Source: Adineta vaga
Lineage: Eukaryota; Animalia; Rotifera
Direction of reading: 5' to 3'
Assembly: GCA_021613535.1 (NCBI GenBank)
Contig: CP075494.1
Coordinates: forward strand, 2,294,001 to 2,358,000
Length of the DNA stretch: 64,000 bases
In this document: one piece after another, positions 40,002-50,430 of the stretch
Position numbering within the stretch: the stretch's first letter is position 1
How the letters are laid out: every line of letters starts with the position of its first letter
Notes under the pieces: model-generated
Database searches by the model: none
Told to the model about the DNA's origin: nothing
The model's input: the letters and a program-made list of their open reading frames with translations, nothing else
Translations under genes and position numbers: made by a program

Positions 40002-40994
40002 ATGTCATCAGCTACTCCTCTGATTCGTTCGATTACCATCTATACTGGTCTGCCAATATTCATCTGTGGTGCTGTAGGCAACTTGCTCAATCTGCGTCTA
40101 TTATGGCCAACTCGTCACAATTCGTGTGCATTTATTTTTCTGACGTTATCATTCGTCAATTGTATTGTTCTCTTTTATGGTCTATTCACGCGCATTCTAA
40201 GTGTAGGTTTTGGTCTTGATTGGTCACCAACCAATATTGGGTGGTGCAAAACGCGTGTTCCTTTTATACAATCAAGTACTCTTATATCGTTTTCATGCAT
40301 TTGCTTGGCAAGTATCGATCGATTTCTTATTACTTGTCGGCAAGAGAAATATCGCAAATGGAGTCGATTGTCTACAGCTAGATGGGCGGTGGCAGTAGCT
40401 GTTTTCATTTGGATAGGTCATGCTATTCCATATATTGTATACTATCAAATTGTAGCATCTTCGTCGAGTAGCAATACGACTTCTTTCACATGCTCACTTA
40501 TATCCGAAACATCCTATAACAACTATAGAACATATTTCGTACTTCCTGTCTTTTATGGTCTAATACCTACCACAGTGCTCACTGTGATGGGAGTGATGAC
40601 CTATCGCAATATAAATACACTGCAACTAGGACGTCAACGTCAAGCTGTTCAACAGCATCTTACACTGATGTTACTCGTTCAGATTCCTATTATCATCGGA
40701 TCCACTATCCCTTATGTAGTATTCACGGAATATTTAACACTTACTGCCACTGTGATCAAATCTGCTGATCAAGTAACTCGAGAAAATATTATTAACAACA
40801 TCGTCAATCCTCTATTCTATATTACATTTGCTTGTCCGTTCTTTGTCTTTTTCATCTCATCACCAACATTTCGACAAGAAACCATGGTATTGCTGCTTTG
40901 TCGACCCAAGGAAAGAATAAGCAACAATCGCATACAACCCTGTGTCGCACCAGATCCGGCTTTAACTACAAAACCTATATCAAACATCAAATAA
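40002..40994 (+). CDS. Class A GPCR, intronless
   Basis: GAVGNLLN, WCKTR, ASIDRF, PFFVFFISSPTFR; same subfamily as 22202-23185. Confidence 0.9.
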   Translation: MSSATPLIRSITIYTGLPIFICGAVGNLLNLRLLWPTRHNSCAFIFLTLSFVNCIVLFYGLFTRILSVGFGLDWSPTNIGWCKTRVPFIQSSTLISFSCICLASIDRFLITCRQEKYRKWSRLSTARWAVAVAVFIWIGHAIPYIVYYQIVASSSSSNTTSFTCSLISETSYNNYRTYFVLPVFYGLIPTTVLTVMGVMTYRNINTLQLGRQRQAVQQHLTLMLLVQIPIIIGSTIPYVVFTEYLTLTATVIKSADQVTRENIINNIVNPLFYITFACPFFVFFISSPTFRQETMVLLLCRPKERISNNRIQPCVAPDPALTTKPISNIK

Positions 40995-41308
40995 TGGAAA
41001 GAACATCATCTTCATAAGACTTATCACGAATAGATTCTTTGAGAATACATGATGTTGTTTGTACGATTATTTTTGTAGAAATATTTCTATCATGCAAAAG
41101 TTCGTTAAAGAATGACTATCAATGTGCAATAAAAAGTCTGACTAATCCTTTAATGAATGCTTCAAATGATTACACTACAGAGGATGAGACAAGGGAAGAA
41201 AAACGGATTCTAGGATCTATGAGAGTGTAGTCAGGTGTTCGAGAAATGCAATACTCACATCCACTCTCTTTCAGTATAGTGATAAATAACAAGAACCGGA
41301 ATATAAAA

Positions 41309-41396
41309 TTGAGGGTGTATGTGGGTGAGGGAATAGACAGAAAAGAGACACTCTAACTTAAAACTCACACCCACACCCTCGAATAGTCCACACCCT
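41309..41396. repeat. Telomeric-repeat inverted element copy (with a degenerate neighbour at 41220-41268 and a G-arm at 41541)
   Basis: TTGAGGGTGTATGTGGGTGAGGG-core-CTCACACCCACACCCTCGAA..CCACACCCT. Confidence 0.85.
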
Positions 41397-41605
41397 ATCA
41401 AATGCCATACTATTATCCAATTGATTAAATAAAAGAATACATTCTGATGATACCAACTGATCAATTCAATTGTCCTTTTCCTTTCTACCTGCAATCAAAA
41501 TGCCATCTATTACATTGACTGTCCGTTTTACAATACGACCAGGGTGAGTGTGAATGTAAATGAAGCAATTGAGAGAATTATATCGGAACGAATAGTAACT
41601 ATATA

Positions 41606-41875
41606 CTAAGATATTGAAGATTTTGATATTTCATTTAATTCACCCTTTGTGTTTTGTTTTATCTTTAAATCATTCAGTAGAAATTTATATTGGAGATGCG
41701 GACAATGAAGTATAATTGTTGAAAATCCTTTATATATATCATTACCATAAAGATAATCGAAGATTTCATAAAAAATTTCATTATCAGCGGCGCACATTTT
41801 ACATACGTTATCGGTCAATCTATAAGATGCAAAATTTGGTCTAGTTAAATTTCCAACTGAAGAACATGTTGTTTT
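41606..41875 (-). pseudogene. F-box gene remnant
   Basis: TCSSVGNLT [~60-bp interruption] NEIFYEIFDYLYGNDIYKGFS; no continuation. Confidence 0.5.
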
Positions 41876-42031
41876 CTTTTAAAAGCATAGCAATTTATAA
41901 AAACTATTAAAATATTTTCTACAAATAATATTTTTGTTCTTCATAGAATCAATATTTTAATCAACATAAATATGTACAATATAACATTTCATTTTGTTAT
42001 TGGCTTAAGAAAAATGAATTAAATATTTCGA

Positions 42032-42086
42032 TGAGGGCGTGGATATTAATCTCTAATGCATTCGCATTCACACATATACACTCTCA
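42032..42086. repeat. Degenerate inverted element copy
   Basis: TGAGGGCGTGGATAT-core-CACACATATACACTCTCA. Confidence 0.6.
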
Positions 42087-42247
42087 GCTAGTCATGGTTT
42101 GACGAAATAATGGGATGATTCATGAATGCAAGCAGCTATTCTTTTATGTTGAGTAATATTGACGAACGTCAGTATGAATCATAAATTTTATATATATAAG
42201 TTTTGCGTTAACTTTGCTCCATTTCATTTGCACAACATAACTAAATA

Positions 42248-42744
42248 ATGACATCAACCAATGCAAATGAAGAAACAACGATTGCTGTTTTAGAAGGTAT
42301 GAATATTCACCTAAAACATATTGTTCTGTGAGATGATGACGTGTTTTATTATCTTTAGCTGCAAAAGATGCTCTAGACGTAATAAATAAAAGTTCGATTA
42401 CAGAGCTACGATCGTTTGTTCGACCACCTGCAGTATGTCAGTCAGTATTTGAAGGTGTAGGAATATTGTTCCAACCATCAAAGACAAAGTTCGAATGGAG
42501 TGATGCCAAAAGATTAATGAACGATCAGTTTGTGTCTCGACTTAAACAATATGATGTCGACACAATTACCAGTGATCAATTAGCACGATTGACAACAGTA
42601 CTCGCTCGGGATGAATGTCAATTACAACTTGTAAGAAGCACTTCATTAGCATGTTATTCTATCTGTTTGTGGCTTGATCGTATTGTGGCATACAAAAGGC
42701 TTCAACAGCACGTTGCAGAACAACAGACTCATACTGGAAGATGA
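42248..42744 (+). CDS. Stand-alone dynein heavy-chain stalk / microtubule-binding-domain-like protein (144 aa, 2 exons)
   Basis: Own ATG and intron 42297-42358. AAKDALDVINKSSITELRSFVRPPAVCQSVFEGVGILF..EWSDAKRLM..F..L.QYDVD.I...SLACYSICLWL matches the dynein MTBD pattern. Own stop; AATAAA follows. Confidence 0.7.
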
Positions 42745-42863
42745 TTTGCTGATCAAATAACTAAACTTCTACATTACCTATTTTTCATTGTCTTTAAAAA
42801 ATAAACTGATTTGTGCAAATCTTATCATTTTTCACCTGAGAATGTGAGTGTGGACCACAACGA

Positions 42864-42910
42864 GAGGGTGTGGGTGAGTTAGAATTCGGATCACATCCAC
42901 ACCCTTCAAG
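42864..42910. repeat. Telomeric-repeat inverted element copy
   Basis: GAGGGTGTGGGTGAG-ttagaattcgga-TCACATCCACACCCTTCAAG. Confidence 0.85.
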
Positions 42911-43460
42911 TATCGTTAATTATTCTCGAATTGGTTTTATAACATCTTCCATTTTTATAAATGTTATAAAAAATTATTTCTTTTTCTTCTATCTCTATGA
43001 GTAAGCAACGAACAGAACGGAAAAAAAAACACTGGTAAAAAATATTCTGATCGGCTGTTTTTTTCAGCCATACAAATTACACAGTTGTTCCTCTCCAAGT
43101 GCATTTACTGTTGCATAGAAAAAAATAATTCTTTGAAGAGTTCTTATCTTCATATGTTTGACAACATTTTATTAATGAGTAAATTTGAGTTTCAGTCACT
43201 AATAGATTTTTCGAGAAATATTGAAGAACTAATTATGCATATTCAGTACGTCCATTGGATGCGTAAGAAACCACTAGTACACAATGCGATAACATAGAGA
43301 TAGAATTCTATAGCAGACAAACAAATTATGTGTATTCTGTGGAAAGTAAAGCTCCATCTTTCTTCATTCATTCTTTTCGTTTCTATTCTGTAATGATGAA
43401 TCATAATCAGTAAGCAAATACATACAAAAGCAGGATAAAAGCACACATTTGCATTTTGAT

Positions 43461-44705
43461 ATGTCGTCATTTGAAGAAGAAAAACCATTCTTAAAAAGAA
43501 ATATCAGTCTTTTCAATGATCAACACAAAGAATTGAAATGGTATGACAACCCAATCCTTCAAGCGAACGATTCCTCTCCAGTAACGGCAACAACGTCTTC
43601 ATCATTGTGTACTTATGTATGGATAGGACTTTCGATTATTGTGCTTTTGCCTATCGGTCTGATCGTATTTATTTTATTTCTTATATTTTGGATTCTTCCT
43701 GGATTTGGTTGGTTGTATGAACGTTATGCCGAAGCTCGTGATCGAAAAAACTACTATCCACCAGCAGACGAAATGAAGCCTTGGGGTCGTGATAATAAAC
43801 TGATTCATGTTGTACATCTTCTCGCGCCGGAATCAAGACTTCCACCAATTGTCTACATAAGTGGCATGGGTGTCAGCATGTATCTGGTCAAACCACTGTT
43901 GAAAAAGTTCGCCGAATACATGGGTGAACCCGTTGAAATAATCTCATTTGACTCACCCGGATACGGTGCGTCTGAATCACCTACTGATTGGAATACAGAT
44001 AATGCAGAAATCGAACTTTCACTGCTTCGACGCGTAGTTACCAACTTAAAAGTTCGTAAACCATTTATTCTTGAAGGTGCATCAGCTGGAGCTACATTGG
44101 TACAACTCTATCGACTGACATATCCGGAAGATGTAGCAGGCATAGTTTTATTTGATCCAACCCCATCCAATGCATTTCAACAAGGAAGTCCATTGGCAAG
44201 CGATTTTAATCGTGCATCTTTCGTATGTAGAACAATCGCGTTTGCCGCTTCATGTGGCTTATTGAGACCATTTTCACCTATTGTACGTTATTCCGCAAGT
44301 AGAGAGTTTAGCGATATCTATCATCTTTTGCTTCCGGGCTACTTTGAACTTTCTCTTACGAAAGCTATGTTACTAAAAATTGCAAATCATTTACGCTCGT
44401 TGTCTGGTATGATGGATAATGTCTTAAAGCTACAAAACAATGCTATATTTGATAGAAGAACACCTTTGTTGGTTGTGAGCGCACTGAATTGGACCAAAAA
44501 TCGACCGTCCGGTGGTTTAACTAGAGAAGAGATGCGTCATTGGTGGAGCAACAGTCAACAGTCTTTCATTCGCAGTTCTGACAATGCTGGTTTTGTTCGT
44601 CGTACAGATTACACTCACATGCAGTGCGTGCTGGATATGGAACTAGCAGCGAACGCCACAAAAGCTATTTTGACACAAATTCTCTGCGGTATTGTTCAAA
44701 AATGA
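43461..44705 (+). CDS. Membrane-anchored alpha/beta hydrolase
   Basis: FDSPGYGAS, nucleophile elbow GASAG, GIVLFDP, C-terminal His (YTH); N-terminal TM. Confidence 0.85.
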   Translation: MSSFEEEKPFLKRNISLFNDQHKELKWYDNPILQANDSSPVTATTSSSLCTYVWIGLSIIVLLPIGLIVFILFLIFWILPGFGWLYERYAEARDRKNYYPPADEMKPWGRDNKLIHVVHLLAPESRLPPIVYISGMGVSMYLVKPLLKKFAEYMGEPVEIISFDSPGYGASESPTDWNTDNAEIELSLLRRVVTNLKVRKPFILEGASAGATLVQLYRLTYPEDVAGIVLFDPTPSNAFQQGSPLASDFNRASFVCRTIAFAASCGLLRPFSPIVRYSASREFSDIYHLLLPGYFELSLTKAMLLKIANHLRSLSGMMDNVLKLQNNAIFDRRTPLLVVSALNWTKNRPSGGLTREEMRHWWSNSQQSFIRSSDNAGFVRRTDYTHMQCVLDMELAANATKAILTQILCGIVQK

Positions 44706-44913
44706 TCTCCATAAATAACTCATTGTAGTTTTATTGTATAAACATCGTTTAAAATTAAAATAAATCATTTTTCTAATTAGATTTTTTTATCCAATGTGAA
44801 CGTTGCTAATACAGATTAAAATTAAAATTCAACTGAACCTTTGATTTCATCGTCGATAAAATTTCATTGTCGGAATTGTCATGTCTCTCAACTATTTCAC
44901 CGAAAAGTTCTGA

Positions 44914-44971
44914 ATCTTGAGGGTGGGTGTGGGTGAGGGTGAAGATGAGGGCACGAACCCACAACCTAGAT
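44914..44971. repeat. Telomeric-repeat inverted element copy
   Basis: ATCTTGAGGGTGGGTGTGGGTGAGGGT-GAAGATGAGGGCACGA-ACCCACAACCTAGAT. Confidence 0.85.
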
Positions 44972-45468
44972 AGTTACATCACTGTTGATTTTTTTGTACG
45001 TATTTAATATTTGGTCTTCGTTTATACCGTAAGAAAATATCAGCAAACGGTTGTCACAGCCAAAAGAAAAAATAATTGATCATAGATTTTTATGTATGAT
45101 AGTCCGCACATGTTTCATAAATATAAAGAAAAAAACTAACTTAATACATCCTTTTTCTCTTCGATTCACACATTCATCACAGGTAATATATTTTCTACAT
45201 GCGCAGAAAACAGCAATCTATGCATCAGCAATCACCCTCAACACATAAGGGAGAAACGTATCTAATGCTTTCATTTATATTCAAATAATAACTAGACTAT
45301 TATCAACATTTATTTTCTTGAAAAAATTGTGGATTTGCTGAGCTCTATCATGTTTTCTTTCTCGTGAACGAAGATTTAAAATATAAGTTATTATTTTTGT
45401 TAAAAATCACAATGAATATATATTGCTTTTCGAAAAGTTAAAATTATTTCATTCATTCATTTTTTAAG

Positions 45469-48088
45469 ATGGCTACAGCTATTTCTTCTATCAATGAGGC
45501 TGAATTACACGACAACAACGAGCATCTCGAACTATTTACTCTTATCTGGCTCGATGTCAATACGACCAGCAAAGACAATCAAGATACAGAACAAAAATTG
45601 CGCAGAATTATCAATCATCTTAAGAAATTTCGAGATGCACAAAAATGTCAACAATACATTGAACAAAGAGCAACAGATCGATTCGTGCTCATTGTCAGTG
45701 GTCGATTGGGTCAACAACTAGTACCTTCTATCGACAAACTCCAACAAGTCTCATCCGTCTACGTCTACTGCATGGATCGAAAGATTCACGAACAATGGGC
45801 GTCCAATTTTTCGAAGGTAAAGGCTGTTATCAGTAACTTTAATCAACTGATTTCTAAAGTGAAAGAAGATCATAAAATCCAGATGATTGTAGAAGAACCG
45901 CTGATGATCAACTTATTTAACACAAGTGATTCAGACAAATCAACAACAAGAGTTAATGATCAGTTTATTTCTTCTCAAATGCTCATTGACTGTCTTCTAC
46001 GGATGAAACCAAATATGATAGACAAAGTAGAGCTTATCACGCGTTGCAAGACTGAATACGAAGGTAACCATGTCGAACTTCATAATCTGCGTGAATTTGA
46101 ACAAGAATACTCATCTGATAAAGCTTTGTGGTGGTACACTCGAAAGTCATTCTTCTGTAAGATCCTAAATACGGCTCTGCATAGACAAGATATTCACATG
46201 ATGTTTTTACTTCGTTCGTATATTTTCGATATTCATCGTCAGTTGCAGTGTTATCAATCCAAGTGTCCATTACGAGTTTTTCGATCCCAAATAATACCGA
46301 GTGATCAACTGAATACTCTCAAAGAATGGAATGGCAAGTTTATTTCCATAAACTCGTTTTTTTCCACTGTCACTAATTCTTCGAAAGCACTATCATGTCT
46401 TGACAATTTCAATGTCTCGACAACTTACGAACGAGTATTGTTCGAGATCGATGCTGATGCTAGTATGAGTACTACACAATCATTCGCAGACATAAGTGCA
46501 TATACCTATCTTGCTGGAGGATTAGAAGTGATCTTCATGCTCGATTCCATTTTTCGTGTGAATAATGTAAGTCGCGATGAAAATCAAATATGGACCATCA
46601 GTATGACTCTATATCGTGATGATGAACTCAAGTTGAAACAAGTTCTGATAGACATCAAGAATCAAAATGGAAGTGGAGAGACAAATCTTCAGACATTGGG
46701 CAAGATTTTGTGGAAGACGGGAAAATTTGACCAGGCTGAAACATATTACCGTCGTGCTTTCAATGAAATTTTACCTACGGATCCTTTACTCATCACTGTA
46801 TGTGAAAATCTTGCAGAAATCTGTTCACAGAAAGGTGATTATGATGCTCACATGTACTGGCACCAAAAATCACTTGAGATCAACAAACAAAATCCATCAA
46901 ACAGTAGTATGAACAAAAATCAAACAACTACTATGTTCCGTAAGTTTTCTCAAGCAGATGCCGAGGAATTTTCGATCTGTACTCAACGTTGACAGGATGT
47001 AGAGTTTTTCTGTTGATTATGTTTAAAATTCAGATCAGTTCCAAGAATTAACTTATCCCATGATGAAAGGATCTATCTGGTGAAATTTGTTAGATGTGTC
47101 ATTATATGAGGCCTATCTTTTATTAAAATACCAAGAAAAATAGCGCTCGCAGTAAGTCAAAGCGTATTTTACTATGATTCTTTTACTAGATATTAGTGCT
47201 AATCGATTTTTGGAAACTATAATTACTAATGAGGATTCAAAAGAACATGTTCATGCCATTATGGACTATACCAAAGAGCCGTTGTTGTCGCTCACTGAAG
47301 CATGTGTGCCGTTGATCGATATTATTTATAATTTATCTTCCTACATTCAAATGGCACTCAATAAAACTCCACAAGTACCACTCGATGGGCTAACGGTTGA
47401 CGAAAGTGCTGCAATTCGACTTTACACGATCGAATGGGAAAGTCCACATCAGAGTCTGTATTCAATGCTCAACTCTGCTCTCAAAACGGGCAATCGTCAG
47501 AATCTTCAACCGTATTTCAAATATGTTAAACTGTTCTTGACTGCCCTTATCAAATTACCATGCATTCCACCGCAGACTGTTTGGCGAGGAATTACCAAAA
47601 ATATGAGCAATCAATTTCCACAAGACGCTGCAGTAACATGGTGGACATTCTCCTCGTGTACGTCTTCACTGCCGGCAATTGAGAATTGCATGCACTCGAG
47701 TAATGCAGGTGAGCGAACACTGATTTCCATCGAAATTATCAATGGTCGTGAAATACGTGGTCATTCGCATTCTGACTTCGAAAATGAAATTATCCTTCTA
47801 CCTGGTACTAGTATGGTAGTACAATCACGATTAAAATCGACAGCTGATCTTTGTATCATTCATTTGAAACAAGTTATACCAAATGAAATGCTCCTTGAGC
47901 CACCTTTCAAAAGTATTTTTGAATATTTCCATCATTTATTTAAAAGTAGAATTTTTTCTATGTTTAGATGCAAGTATTTTTCCAAAAACGAAGTAAGTTT
48001 GTTACTATATCTTCATATAATTGATTTATTGTCGAATATATTTAGAAAGCCTACCTGGTATCGTAAACTAAAATTAGTCATGCAATAA
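45469..48088 (+). CDS. ADP-ribosyltransferase (ART) - TPR - ART protein, 4 exons
   Basis: Domain 1 WWYT..VFRSQ..SFFST..LEVIF, then TPRs (GKFDQAETYY), then domain 2 AAIRLYT..VWRG..FSSC..ENEIILLPG. Introns 46940-47189, ~47913-47967 and ~47993-48045 keep the frame. Confidence 0.8.
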
Positions 48089-48164
48089 ATTAATATTGTC
48101 GAACCTTAGTGCAAAAAAAAACTATGGATTCTTGAAATGAAAATAAAAAATAACTTTTAAAGAT

Positions 48165-48178
48165 CATCTTGAGGGTGA
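48165..48178. repeat. Single G-rich arm of the inverted element
   Basis: CATCTTGAGGGTGA, between two convergent gene ends. Confidence 0.7.
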
Positions 48179-48290
48179 ATATTATTTCGATATTTTTCTA
48201 TGTGCCTGCAGAATTGCAGAAAAATCAATCATATATAAAGTTTTTGAAGAGAATTAAAAAGTAGCGAAAATACCGTGACAATCAATATAT

Positions 48291-49103
48291 CTAATCGTTT
48301 TTGCAAACATTGCCGATTTCCTCTACTGCTTGCTTTTCATTTTCTCTTCGTTTCATTCTTCCTGCTCCATTATTTGTCTTGGTTTCAAGAACAATTTGTG
48401 TGGCCAAACCAAGACCAATTGGCGGCATGTTACCATAGATCGCTTCATATTCTCCATCTCGCACCTTGTACGTTTCATGCCATATTCCATTGACACCCTC
48501 GACTCGATCACTTTTCATATATTCCATCACTATCTTTACATGAATGCCCATTTTTGTATGCGTCCACTGTTGAAGTGCTTCATAACTACGCCAGTATTGT
48601 ACATACATAAGTGTACTTTTACGTTCGTTTGCTCCAACGTATACATCACCACCCATATATCCTAACGTTGAATCAGATTCTAGTTCTGCAATCATACTTT
48701 GAAATGCTTTACCAATATCACCGAAAGATTTTGTGAAAGGATTTGCTCCATTCGGTCGAATTCCAATAAGAAAAACTACAAAATCTCCTTCACAACGTGC
48801 ACTGTATGTTGTACGAATGATGTCTTTTGCATAGGGTATTGGTAAATAATTGTAATAACGTAATATCTGCTTAATAAGAGGATAAACAAGAAAGACAAGC
48901 GATAAAATACCAATTATAATCGTCGGTAATAATAATGACAACAACAAACCAATACCTATAAGATGATAAGGACTAAGAAATGAAAAGAATATTAAATATT
49001 TGTTAAATCCATGTTTAGATGCCTTTAAACGAGGTGAGACAGGAATAAAGTTGTTTGAATTATTCTCGATGTTGTTACTTTCGAAAGGACAATTAGACGA
49101 CAT
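48291..49103 (-). CDS. DUF4188 / Af470-like monooxygenase (dehydratase-like) with N-terminal TM
   Basis: FVVFLIGIR.N, VQYWRSYEAL, GIWHETY, YEAIYGNMPPIGLG; family known from bacteria and fungi. Confidence 0.85.
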   Translation of the reverse strand: MSSNCPFESNNIENNSNNFIPVSPRLKASKHGFNKYLIFFSFLSPYHLIGIGLLLSLLLPTIIIGILSLVFLVYPLIKQILRYYNYLPIPYAKDIIRTTYSARCEGDFVVFLIGIRPNGANPFTKSFGDIGKAFQSMIAELESDSTLGYMGGDVYVGANERKSTLMYVQYWRSYEALQQWTHTKMGIHVKIVMEYMKSDRVEGVNGIWHETYKVRDGEYEAIYGNMPPIGLGLATQIVLETKTNNGAGRMKRRENEKQAVEEIGNVCKND

Positions 49104-49543
49104 ATTTTGTTGAATGTTGCTTGAAACAATGATTTACCTGTTGATCTTTATAACATCCTTATCAACGTGCTGATATGATGCTTGTGCTTATATTTATTTT
49201 CTCATTGGTAATTATAATTGGTCGAGATACGAGGCAACGACTGAAGAAATTGATTTGCTTCTCATCGAATCTATAGAAACTGCATTTATTCCATTAGATG
49301 GCGCTCCTATATAGTTTATAATACTGATATATTATTATTATTATTATTATTTCACTGTCATATGACTTGTGTGAAGCTTTTTCATTTTAGATTAACTCTA
49401 TAAAAAGTAAAGTAATTGATTTATGGAGAAAAAAGCTAATATGTTATTTGAACTGAAACTCTTCTTAACGGAAAACAGAAAATGACAAATATTTCTCTTC
49501 GCTAGGAAATAGCGTCCATACGATGTTAGACGAAATAGAAATC

Positions 49544-50430
49544 TTAACCACCAAAACTACAGCTGCCTCTACTGAGACAATAATAATCAGGAAAATAATT
49601 ATCATAAACACAACATTGACCAGTAGTATTACAAGGACCTGTGTAACGGGTACTCGCAGGATCACAAAAACCGAAACCACTGGGACTATAATATTGACCG
49701 GAGCAATAAGTAGATGCAGGACGACAATAGTATGCACCTCCATCATCACAATAAAGAGAACAAGTAGTAGTAACGATAGAAGAATTAAAACTACCACTGC
49801 AAGTAGTAGCACAATAAGGAGCAGTAGTAGTCGTCGTCAATGCTAAATAGAATAATGTATTAAATAATATAAAATAATTACATTTTGCTTAATCTCAGTG
49901 TTAATTTAAAGCATCGAAATTATTCGGATAGTACTATCAAGTAGACTAAGATGTAAATGCTTTTGTTCTAAAACATCAATCAATTGAACGTACTTGTCGT
50001 TGTTTGTGTGGTTGCGGTGGTTACTGTCGATGTTGTTGTTTTTTTTGGATCTCAAATATAAAACAAAACATTTCATGTTGAAAACGTTCAAATGTATTGT
50101 TTGACTGTTAACAATTTTTTAGTGCCCTTGACGCCAACTTATAGTAGAAAAAGTACTCACTTAAAGTAAACACAAGAATCGCAGCAATTGCAGCTGCTAG
50201 GAAAGCAAGACATATACAGTAGATACATATACACCAAGGAGGAAGACCAATCAGACGTTTTCGACGGCTTTTTCGACTAAATATGAGAAGACAACAATAA
50301 ACGATTAATATGTATTAAATCAATTCTACTGTTTGTTTTCTTACTTATTTCTCTTTGTCGTATTACTGCTAAAACTGGCAGGACTTATAAATTCGTCGTC
50401 AAAAGTCATTTGTGGTAAACGAGTTGACAT
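49544..50430 (-). CDS. Small single-pass membrane protein with Thr-rich linker and Cys-rich C-terminal domain (about 4 exons)
   Basis: ATG at 50430 (MSTRLPQMTF), TM exon (LPPWCIYVSTVYVLLSLAAAIAAILVF), Thr-rich exon, final exon with many Cys. Confidence 0.55.
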
